This document shows positions 56,724 to 64,000 of a DNA stretch of 64,000 bases, one piece after another. Source of the stretch: Minisyncoccota bacterium. Lineage in GTDB: Bacteria; Patescibacteriota; Microgenomatia; UBA1400; PJMF01. Numbering within the stretch: the stretch's first letter is position 1; each line of letters opens with the position of its first letter. Below the pieces are notes generated by a model that ran no database searches, had not been told where the DNA came from, and saw only the letters and a program-made list of their open reading frames with translations. A program made the translations under genes and the position numbers. Location: NCBI GenBank assembly GCA_012515515.1, contig JAAYYE010000013.1:2293-66292 (forward strand), written 5' to 3'.

Positions 56724-58611
56724 ACTAGCTCACTTAGTTTTTAAAATTAAACCCTTTCTTTTAATTATTTTTATTTTATTGTTGTTGTTAATTTTGTCTT
56801 ATGTTTATAAAGATTTATTTTATGTTGTCTTAGCAGCTTTGATTATTATTTTTCTCCTTCTTAAAAAAGTTTTATCTCAGGCGAAATTTTTAAAATCAAA
56901 AAAAAAGATAAAAGAAAAAAAACCAAAGGCGAAATCTACAGACATCAATTTTGAGAAGACTTTTAAATTAAGTAAGCGATTAATTAAAAAACCAAAAAAA
57001 ATTGTATTTTTTTTGGTCGGCTTGTTGGTTTGTTTACTTGTTTATTTACTTATTTTTGTATTTAAAGTAGGCGATATAGGCGATTTTAGTTTTTTTTCAG
57101 ACACCCTTAACAATGTTATTTCAATTTTCCAAAACCTTTATCTCATTGCTTCTTTCGGTCTAATATTTTTAGTTTTTTTAATTTATTTTATTAAACAAAA
57201 ATCAAGTGTTATCAGCAAGTTTATTCATTTTATTATTTATTTATTTATTGCCGTCTTTATCGCTTTTTTCCTAGTTTTTACCCTAACATTCTTTTATAAA
57301 AATTATTTATTATGGAGAATGCCTTCTTCAAACTCGATCATAATTGATTCCGATTTGATTAATGAAGAACTACGAAAAATGGACAAACCACCCACAGTCT
57401 TAGTTTCTTTTGAGGATCTTGGTTCAGAAATTCATCATGCCTATTTAGCGAGTCAAGTTGCTTTTGGCAATAGTTATTTTAAAAATCTTGTGTCTATAAG
57501 TCCAACTTTCATCGAGACAGACACTACTTTTGCAGAAGCGAAAGCAGTTTTAATAGAAAATCAATTGATATTTCCAAAAATAGATAAAGACACAATTGAA
57601 AAACTAAGTCCTAATTTGGGGAAGCTTTATGTGCAATCTTATTTGGAAGATAAATATGTAAAAGAATTACCAACAGTTACTGTTCTAGGCAGACAAGATT
57701 ATCTTTCATATCGAGCAGACATGATAAATGACCAAGTTCTTGAGTTAGAAGAGATAAGCGCCAAACTACAATCAGAATTAAATGGTGTTTACGGAATGAT
57801 CAATGAAGCCGAGAGGGCAATTTCACAAAACGAATACTATATTCAAGAGGCTACTTTAAGAAGAACGAGCGATTACGATTATTGTATGACTGCTGGATAT
57901 TATTCATATTATTTGGAAGTTTTTTATCGAACATACAGCGACTCAACATGTGAAAGTGAATGGAATCAATGGTCGGCTATTATCCAAGAATATTATGATA
58001 ATATTGATAGCTTAAACCAAACAATAGCTTGGGCTAGACAAGAAGCAGCCTTTTACAAAGAAACTTTGCAAGAGTTCGATGCCTATATTTCATTAATAGA
58101 GTCCCAAAAAGAAGCAACAGTTTATGAATTAGGCCTATTTGAACCTGGTGAAAATATAAAAATCGCATTAGATAACACTGGCGCCAATTCTTTAGCTGAT
58201 TATTTATCGACTTTGGTGCACGAATATTTTCACTATACAAGCTATGTTTCAGATGAAAAAGTTTTGCCACTTTTTTTTGAGGAGGGCTTAACCGAATATT
58301 TTGCTAGAAAATCAATTGAACAAGAATTAAAAATTAGCACGGAGTTGGGCTATCCAGTAATAGTAACAATAATTAACAAAATGGTTGATGATATTGGCTT
58401 AGATAAGCTACAAAATATCTATTTAACTAAGAGTAAAGATGTGCTTATTGCAGAACTCAATCAGGCTTATGGAGATACTTTTTATGAAGATACTGAGTAC
58501 TTTTTTATGCTAATGCTTTATTTGGGGATAGAAGATCAATTGGGAATAGCTAATAATATCCTTTTTAGAATTGGAGGGGACCAATTAAATCTAGAAGACT
58601 ATAAAATTTAA
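56716..58611 (+). CDS. Polytopic membrane protein with C-terminal gluzincin-like HExxH...E metallopeptidase motif
   Basis: At least five hydrophobic segments in the first 200 aa. LVHEYFHYTSYVSDEKVLPLFFEEGLTEYFA (HExxH + EG(L)TxYF, reminiscent of the M1-type (W/F)xxEGxAxY third-ligand motif). Confidence 0.5.
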   Translation: MSKLAHLVFKIKPFLLIIFILLLLLILSYVYKDLFYVVLAALIIIFLLLKKVLSQAKFLKSKKKIKEKKPKAKSTDINFEKTFKLSKRLIKKPKKIVFFLVGLLVCLLVYLLIFVFKVGDIGDFSFFSDTLNNVISIFQNLYLIASFGLIFLVFLIYFIKQKSSVISKFIHFIIYLFIAVFIAFFLVFTLTFFYKNYLLWRMPSSNSIIIDSDLINEELRKMDKPPTVLVSFEDLGSEIHHAYLASQVAFGNSYFKNLVSISPTFIETDTTFAEAKAVLIENQLIFPKIDKDTIEKLSPNLGKLYVQSYLEDKYVKELPTVTVLGRQDYLSYRADMINDQVLELEEISAKLQSELNGVYGMINEAERAISQNEYYIQEATLRRTSDYDYCMTAGYYSYYLEVFYRTYSDSTCESEWNQWSAIIQEYYDNIDSLNQTIAWARQEAAFYKETLQEFDAYISLIESQKEATVYELGLFEPGENIKIALDNTGANSLADYLSTLVHEYFHYTSYVSDEKVLPLFFEEGLTEYFARKSIEQELKISTELGYPVIVTIINKMVDDIGLDKLQNIYLTKSKDVLIAELNQAYGDTFYEDTEYFFMLMLYLGIEDQLGIANNILFRIGGDQLNLEDYKI

Positions 58612-58719
58612 AGTAAAAATCAACATTTTAAAATATTTTCTTTATAAGCTCCTAGCACACCAACATAAAGTTATCATAAAGTTTTTCTAAAAACTTGCAA
58701 TTATGCTACACTAAACCTA

Positions 58720-59658
58720 GTGCCAAAGCCTACACCTGCTCTAGTTATTCATGCTCTTGTGCTGTCTTTAAGTATTTTAGCTTTTTATGTTTTTTGCTTT
58801 GCCATTACCGATCGTCAACTGATTTTTCTTTACGGTCACCTAGGATATGGGCCTTTGGCAGACTTTAATTTGTCTCGACATTGGATGACTGCTTTGGTAG
58901 TGGGGGGTTTGCTTTTAATTTCTTACTTGCCCCTTAATGTAATTCTTCAGCAACTATATAAAAAATATCAATTCCCAGATTGGGCGAACTTAAGTTGCTA
59001 TGTTTGTTTATTTTTATCCCCACCCTTATATTTCTTGCTTAATTTTATTGTGCAGCCGGTTTTGCCTTTTTTACTTAATTTAACTATTTTTTTAATTTTA
59101 TTTTTAAGCCTGCGGCTGGTTTTATATTTAACTCATCTCGCTCTCAAAAATTTCAAAGACTTTTTTTGGCTGACGATTGATGCTTGTTCGCTCTTGCCAG
59201 TGCTTTTTATTTTGCCGATCTTGACGCAATTTGGTCTGAGGCGTTCTTTTCCGCTTTTTGGCTTATTTCTTTTATCACCGCTAGTGATGATGTTGCTGGC
59301 TGGCTTAGCTTTTGCTCTGACAACTTGGTTAAGCAAGCGCTTTAAACGCACTCAGCCCAGCTCTCTACAATTGTTCTTGTCGGCTTTGAGCAGTGCTTAT
59401 CTATTATTGCCTTTTTTGCACTATTTTTCCTCAAATCCTGGCGGCACTTTATATATTAGCAATAGCGATAACTTTTTTGCGAATAATCCGCTTATTCAAA
59501 TTGCCAGTTATCTATTAGTGCTGGTCTTGCTCAAAGTTTTTAATAAGTGGCGGGGACAAGAGCGAAGTGATGATTTTAAAGCGACGCTTAAACTGTTTTT
59601 AGTTTTAGTTGGCTTGGTTTTGTATATTTTTGCCTTACGCCAGCTTTTAAGCACTTAA
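58720..59658 (+). CDS. Hypothetical polytopic membrane protein
   Basis: 312 aa with about 9 hydrophobic helices. No motif recognised. Confidence 0.45.
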   Translation: MPKPTPALVIHALVLSLSILAFYVFCFAITDRQLIFLYGHLGYGPLADFNLSRHWMTALVVGGLLLISYLPLNVILQQLYKKYQFPDWANLSCYVCLFLSPPLYFLLNFIVQPVLPFLLNLTIFLILFLSLRLVLYLTHLALKNFKDFFWLTIDACSLLPVLFILPILTQFGLRRSFPLFGLFLLSPLVMMLLAGLAFALTTWLSKRFKRTQPSSLQLFLSALSSAYLLLPFLHYFSSNPGGTLYISNSDNFFANNPLIQIASYLLVLVLLKVFNKWRGQERSDDFKATLKLFLVLVGLVLYIFALRQLLST

Positions 59659-59732
59659 TATTTTTCTTGAAACTTGGACTTGAAACTTGAAAAGCTGATT
59701 TTTTCAGCCTATCATAAATGCATAGTAATTAA

Positions 59733-60710
59733 TTGAAAGTAATTATGCCCAAATCTTCCTCTAAACGCCCTTCTAAACAAACTTCTCAACGCCCTTCTAA
59801 ACAGCCCTCTCAACAGCCAACACTGCGCTTTTCTTATATTTTCTTTTTTATTATTTCTTTAGCCATTTTGGCTTTAGCGCTCACTTACAAACATATTACT
59901 CGACAAACACCAATCAATGGCATTCTCCTGCTCATTGAAACAACTGGTGATATTACTGGTTATTATAAGTGGGAAGAAACTTTGGACGCTAAAAATTATA
60001 GGGCAATTGTTCAGCCTGATCGAGCGGTGCTGGAGGCTTATCCAGACTATTTCCGTAGTTTAGCGGCTAAAGGTTATGAAGTAGCGACTGTTTATGCTGA
60101 GGCCCCTTTTTGGCACATGCCTTATGCGGAACAGTACGCAATTATGAAAGAATATAAGGAAACGGCCGAGGCTATTTTGCAGCAGCCGATCAAAATTTTT
60201 GCCTCTAAATATTTTGCTTATGATGAAAATACCCTCAAGGCAGCCGATGCTTTAGGCATTCCCTATGTGCTGGGACGGGGAAGCGGTATTGAAGCCCTCA
60301 TCTATACCCCCCAGGAGTATCAAGCGCGGATTTTGTCGGTGTCAAATTTAGTTTTTGGCGAGATGGGTTCGGGTTCGCTTTGTGATGTGAGTTTGTATCA
60401 ACGCGGTTCGCTGACTGAAGACTTTGCTCAACTCTTACAAGAAAGTTGTGATCAACGGCCGCAGGATATGGTTTTAGTATCTCACGTTTATATTGGCGGC
60501 ACTCGGCTTGACTGGTGGAATGTTTATGAGCAGGCACTTAATTCCAGGCAAGTTGATTGGCAAAGCTTTGACCAGTGGGCGAGCACCGCCCAGACCATTA
60601 GTTTGCCTTACGCAGAAATTCCCTTTAATGACGAAGTGAAATATGTCGATCCAAAGCCAGCTATGCCTTTGGAAGAGATGGAACTCTTGCCAGAATTAAA
60701 GAAAAATTAA
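59733..60710 (+). CDS. Hypothetical membrane-anchored protein with Ser/Pro/Gln-rich N-terminus
   Basis: N-terminal KRPSKQTSQRPSKQPSQQP then TM YIFFFIISLAILALALTY. Soluble domain unassigned. Confidence 0.45.
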   Translation: MKVIMPKSSSKRPSKQTSQRPSKQPSQQPTLRFSYIFFFIISLAILALALTYKHITRQTPINGILLLIETTGDITGYYKWEETLDAKNYRAIVQPDRAVLEAYPDYFRSLAAKGYEVATVYAEAPFWHMPYAEQYAIMKEYKETAEAILQQPIKIFASKYFAYDENTLKAADALGIPYVLGRGSGIEALIYTPQEYQARILSVSNLVFGEMGSGSLCDVSLYQRGSLTEDFAQLLQESCDQRPQDMVLVSHVYIGGTRLDWWNVYEQALNSRQVDWQSFDQWASTAQTISLPYAEIPFNDEVKYVDPKPAMPLEEMELLPELKKN

Positions 60711-60778
60711 GCATTCTGCTCACTAAATACTAAAACCAACATGGTCAGAGCAGAGATCTTAGCGAAAATTGAGTCAGT

Positions 60779-62230
60779 TTAATCAGCTTTTGCTTTATTT
60801 AGATCCAAAGCATTTTCGTTAAGCGAGACCTTTAAAAACTCTTCTTCTTTATTAGGGAAAAGATTAAGCATTGCTTGATAGCTCCATTGCTCGTATTTGT
60901 TAAAATACATTTCTTCAGCTAATTGATGATCAATCTGAAAATTTCGTATAAAAGTTAACCAATTAACGCTCGGATCTAGAGAAGCTGTTAGTAGCTCTAT
61001 GCCAAAAGCACTTGCTCCTCTTTCTTTAAAAGTGGCTAGAGCCGTAAAGTAATTAGTGGCTGCTTCATCTAATCCTACTAAAAATTTATTTGCGCCACTT
61101 AATATGTGTAGACACTCATGATAAGCAGCTGTCCACAGTATGTGTTCAAGCATTTCTTTTTGCTTAATTATTGTTGGTTTTTCTGATTTAAAATTTGGGG
61201 ATATTGGTTTATATATTCCAAATCTATATGGAATATATTCGGCCAACACATCGATCATTTGTTCTTGATTCTTTGGTAAGGTAAAATCTTCTCTTTGTAT
61301 TAAGTCATATAGTTGTAAAAAATATGGATTAGCCGCTGTTTGCAGCAAAAGTTCTTGGTTGAAGACAATTACACCTTTAAAATAAGTGCCTGCTAGACAA
61401 GATTTACTAGTGGGTGTATCAGAAAAATTATTTGAAAAATTTCGATAATCTTTGTTGTTGAGAAAAATTACTCGACTATTTTGTAAAGCTTTAAAGAGTT
61501 CTTGGAATTGTGGATTTGCTTTATGATAAAAATCTTTAGCGACGCTAATATAGGCATCTCTAAATATTTTCTGCCTATTTATTCCCTCAATTTCAGGAGC
61601 TTGTTCCATGTTGCTGATTATGTCATAAGCTAAGTTCATCGCTTTTGGCTCAATATCAAAATTTAATCGATCATCATTTTCTTGATTTTGGATTGTTTCT
61701 TCTGCTCTTTTTCTTAATTCTCGAAAATGCGCTAAAGACATGGTTTTTTCAACTTCAATCAAATCTGAGTATTCAACGCTGTTTTCAGTAAATTGAAAAA
61801 TTTTATTCAAGATTTCTTGCTGTTTTTCAGGGTCAATGATGTTGATTTTGAGCCTATTATCTGCAGTAATCACGATTTGAGTCGGTTTTTTACCAGTTTC
61901 TTCAACAGTGATTAAAATCTCATCATTAATTTTTTCGACATTAAAATTTCCAATCTGTTTGGGTAGATTACTATTGCTTGTTTCTGCCTCTGTTCTTTGA
62001 ACTAATTTATGATTAAAACCATTTTTCCAAAACTGTAGGCTTGACTCAAACTCGTCTTTAAGTAAAGAAATTTGTTCTGGCTTAAGCAAGTTTTGAGTTT
62101 CAATTGGCAGCTGTTCAGTTTCATCAAGGGGAGGATAGATAGTCGCTGGATCAAGCGTTTTACGTTCTTGATCTGGATTGCTTGCCTTGCTAATAACTGC
62201 TTGGTTCTTGTTTTCTTGTTTTATTTGCAT
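60779..62230 (-). CDS. Soluble protein with gluzincin-like HExxH...E motif, probable paralogue of the 56716..58611 C-terminal domain
   Basis: AAYHECLHILSGANKFLVGLDEAATNYFTA has the same HExxH + (G)L(D/E)E..T.YF arrangement as HEYFH...FFEEGLTEYFA. Confidence 0.5.
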   Translation of the reverse strand: MQIKQENKNQAVISKASNPDQERKTLDPATIYPPLDETEQLPIETQNLLKPEQISLLKDEFESSLQFWKNGFNHKLVQRTEAETSNSNLPKQIGNFNVEKINDEILITVEETGKKPTQIVITADNRLKINIIDPEKQQEILNKIFQFTENSVEYSDLIEVEKTMSLAHFRELRKRAEETIQNQENDDRLNFDIEPKAMNLAYDIISNMEQAPEIEGINRQKIFRDAYISVAKDFYHKANPQFQELFKALQNSRVIFLNNKDYRNFSNNFSDTPTSKSCLAGTYFKGVIVFNQELLLQTAANPYFLQLYDLIQREDFTLPKNQEQMIDVLAEYIPYRFGIYKPISPNFKSEKPTIIKQKEMLEHILWTAAYHECLHILSGANKFLVGLDEAATNYFTALATFKERGASAFGIELLTASLDPSVNWLTFIRNFQIDHQLAEEMYFNKYEQWSYQAMLNLFPNKEEEFLKVSLNENALDLNKAKAD

Positions 62231-62325
62231 TTCTATAATTGATTTATTTGATTGGGGGAGATGTGGCTAAGGTAATTATGTAAATCAACATTATATAAAT
62301 TAACTCTGCCTATTTTAGATGTTCT

Positions 62326-62940
62326 TTAGATTAACCAACTACTAAGCAAGTTAATAATTGGGCTAAGTAGTTGCACCACTGCCGACTGACCATTAAAAAT
62401 AGGCAAAATGAGAAATAATAAAATAAACTGACCATAGCGTTCCATGATCGCTTCATACTCTAAACTACTTTCTCTAGGTAGAATAGCTCTCATAATTTTT
62501 CCACCATCAAGTGGATAAACTGGCAATAGATTAAACAAAGCGAGGGAGAGATTGATCTGAATTAAAACTCTAGCAAAAAGACTGAAAAAATCGCTAGCAA
62601 ACATTCGAGAAAGAACAGATAATATAACTGCAATTAACAAGTTGGTTAGTGGCCCAGCCAGCGCAATAATAGCAGTGTCACGAACTGGTGATTTAAGGTT
62701 GTAGGGATCGTAGGGGGCCGCCTTGCCCCAGCCGAAGCCAGTGAGGATGATTAAGATGGTGCCTAATGGATCTAGATGTGCGCGTGGATCAAGAGTGAGG
62801 CGGCCCTTCAATCTGGGAGTAGGATCGCCAAGCCCGTCAGTCACGTAACAATGAGCAGCCTCATGCAGACTAATCGACAACAATAAGCCGATTAAGATTA
62901 AAAAAAAGGCTAGTGGACTGCTAAATAATAATCCAAGCAT
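62326..62940 (-). CDS. M50 family site-2 protease (SpoIVFB/RseP-like, no PDZ)
   Basis: TM-embedded HEAAHCYV (HExxH) and NLLPVYPLDGGKI (LDG motif). Four hydrophobic helices. Confidence 0.75.
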   Translation of the reverse strand: MLGLLFSSPLAFFLILIGLLLSISLHEAAHCYVTDGLGDPTPRLKGRLTLDPRAHLDPLGTILIILTGFGWGKAAPYDPYNLKSPVRDTAIIALAGPLTNLLIAVILSVLSRMFASDFFSLFARVLIQINLSLALFNLLPVYPLDGGKIMRAILPRESSLEYEAIMERYGQFILLFLILPIFNGQSAVVQLLSPIINLLSSWLI

Positions 62941-62969
62941 TGTTTCATTCTACTATATGTAACAACTAC

Positions 62970-63103
62970 ATGTACGACAAGCGTGAGCAGCAATTATATG
63001 TGACAAATAAATGTGTGACAAGGGTGAGCAGTAATTATATGACGAGCCTGTGAAACTATCTATGACAAACCTGTGCAACTATTTATGACAAGCCTGAGTG
63101 CAA
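62970..63103. repeat. Imperfect tandem direct repeats upstream of rpmB (28-nt unit x2, then 23-nt unit x3)
   Basis: ATGTACGACAAGCGTGAGCAGCAATTAT and ATGTGTGACAAGGGTGAGCAGTAATTAT. ATGACGAGCCTGTGAAACTATCT, ATGACAAACCTGTGCAACTATTT and ATGACAAGCCTGAGTGCAA. Confidence 0.6.
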
Positions 63104-63135
63104 AGACTTGAGCTGATTGCAGAAAAGATCGCTAC

Positions 63136-63387
63136 ATGTTAAAATTCTCTCCTATGAAAAAAGCCACAGTTAGCAAGCTTATCAAAAAGCTCCCTCGAGC
63201 GTCTCATGTTGGACACAATGTCTCTCATGCTAAAAATCGCACCAAGCGTAAATTTAAATATAATTTACATGCGACCACAGTTGTTTTAGACGGTGTGAAG
63301 AAAAAAATCAAAGTGCCAACTAGTCAATTGCGCCAGTTAAAAAAAGCTGGTTTGACGACTCATTATCAAAAGCCCGAGAGTAATTGA
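63136..63387 (+). CDS. rpmB: 50S ribosomal protein L28
   Basis: ...SHAKNRTKRKFKYNLH... matches the L28 signature (SHAxNxTKRRFxPNLH). Confidence 0.7.
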   Translation: MLKFSPMKKATVSKLIKKLPRASHVGHNVSHAKNRTKRKFKYNLHATTVVLDGVKKKIKVPTSQLRQLKKAGLTTHYQKPESN

Positions 63388-63451
63388 GAGCAATTGAGAA
63401 TAATTGAGAGCAGTTAAGAGCAACTAAGCTTAGCGAAAAATTCTTGACCAT

Positions 63452-64000
63452 TTACCTGAGTAAATTTTGCATTTGTTTGAATTGACAAGCTTCTTTACCT
63501 GCCAATTGTACTTTTCCCAAAAGCAAACGCTGACCACTTGCCGTTTTTTCAATTTGGCAAGTTAATATTTTTAGTCGCAGATCGCCTTTGTGTGTGGGAA
63601 TAATAGTCCATAAACCAGGCCAAGGTTGAAAAGCCCGACAGGCATTGTTGATTAAGTGCATTTGTTCGAGTTTTGTTAATGGAAAATTACCCAAGATGCC
63701 CTGCGCAGCCAATAATTGACAGAGTAAAGCTTCTTTTTGACCACTCAGCGAGGAAGGGTTTTTAGCTAAATTATTGAGTTGGTTTTCTGGAGTTGGGCTC
63801 ATCAGTTTTTTTAATTGCACCCATGAAACATAGGCATCTGCTTTGCTTAAACGTTGGGCAAAGGGAGTGGGTGATTGTTTGGGCTGTGGAGTACTGGTTA
63901 ATTCGCCGGCAATAAATTGTTTGATGTTCTTGGCTAGGGATTTTGCCATTAGGGCAAAAGCCTGTGCATAATAATCACTGAGAGTCCAGTTATCTTCGAT
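63452..64000 (-). CDS. fmt: Methionyl-tRNA formyltransferase, C-terminal domain (partial, N-terminal catalytic domain beyond window end)
   Basis: ...PFAQRLSKADAYVSW...NNACRAFQPWPGLWT... parallels Fmt ...YAEKLSKEEARIDW...IRAFNPWPMSW... The reading frame continues open to position 64000. Confidence 0.6.
   Translation of the reverse strand: MEDNWTLSDYYAQAFALMAKSLAKNIKQFIAGELTSTPQPKQSPTPFAQRLSKADAYVSWVQLKKLMSPTPENQLNNLAKNPSSLSGQKEALLCQLLAAQGILGNFPLTKLEQMHLINNACRAFQPWPGLWTIIPTHKGDLRLKILTCQIEKTASGQRLLLGKVQLAGKEACQFKQMQNLLR

Noticed and set aside
41218-62300. Integrase/transposase or other mobility gene defining the putative island
   Set aside because: None found by motif inspection (no tyrosine/serine recombinase catalytic motifs, no DDE signature). 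The island interpretation therefore rests on gene content and qualitative composition only.
1-64000. CRISPR array / cas genes
   Set aside because: No series of regularly spaced identical repeats with unique spacers was found. All tandem repeats noted are either coding (32415..32534) or short degenerate intergenic units (62970..63103, 46358..46407).

Overview
This 64 kb window comes from a low-GC bacterial chromosome. GC content appears to be roughly 35-45% by eye. The gene content and style suggest a reduced-genome, Gram-positive-type or CPR/Patescibacteria-like lineage, but that is inference from the sequence alone. Housekeeping genes I can support from motifs: leuS, thrS, ndk, the secE-nusG-rplK-rplA-rplJ-rplL cluster on the minus strand, rpmG, rpmB, mreB, murF and murD, comEA plus a split comEC, galU, pgeF (yfiH), an M16 peptidase, an M50 site-2 protease, and the 3' end of fmt. 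There are six tRNAs: Arg-CCT and Pro-CGG on the minus strand near 16.7-16.9 kb, Thr-GGT, Tyr-GTA and Thr-TGT in a plus-strand cluster at 36.5-36.8 kb, and Trp-CCA at 41.2 kb. Most lack an encoded CCA. Surface and adhesin-like genes include a truncated giant minus-strand protein at 1-3820 (tyrosine-recombinase core-binding-like N-domain, TM anchor, tail-fibre-like and YadA-like repeats), a Cys-rich double-anchored protein translationally coupled to secE, a dockerin-repeat membrane protein, a PEGA/PD40 protein and a DUF2207 protein. The region from about 44 to 62 kb, downstream of tRNA-Trp, looks accessory: N/K/I/Y-rich (AT-rich) proteins and a 1512-aa coiled-coil giant. It also carries a co-oriented cluster of a DCTPP1/MazG-like NTP pyrophosphohydrolase, a DUF2075-type PD-(D/E)xK + P-loop ATPase and a DUF2779-like PD-(D/E)xK + DEDD-exonuclease protein, separated by two tiny minus-strand ORFs and a perfect 31-bp palindrome. 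That cluster is my top candidate for an undescribed defence-type system. A class-II Fic protein with a non-canonical active-site motif sits next to the tRNA-Arg/Pro pair. I found no CRISPR array, transposase or integrase. Manually derived coordinates (tRNAs, terminators, repeats, starts corrected by hand) may be off by 1-2 nt.
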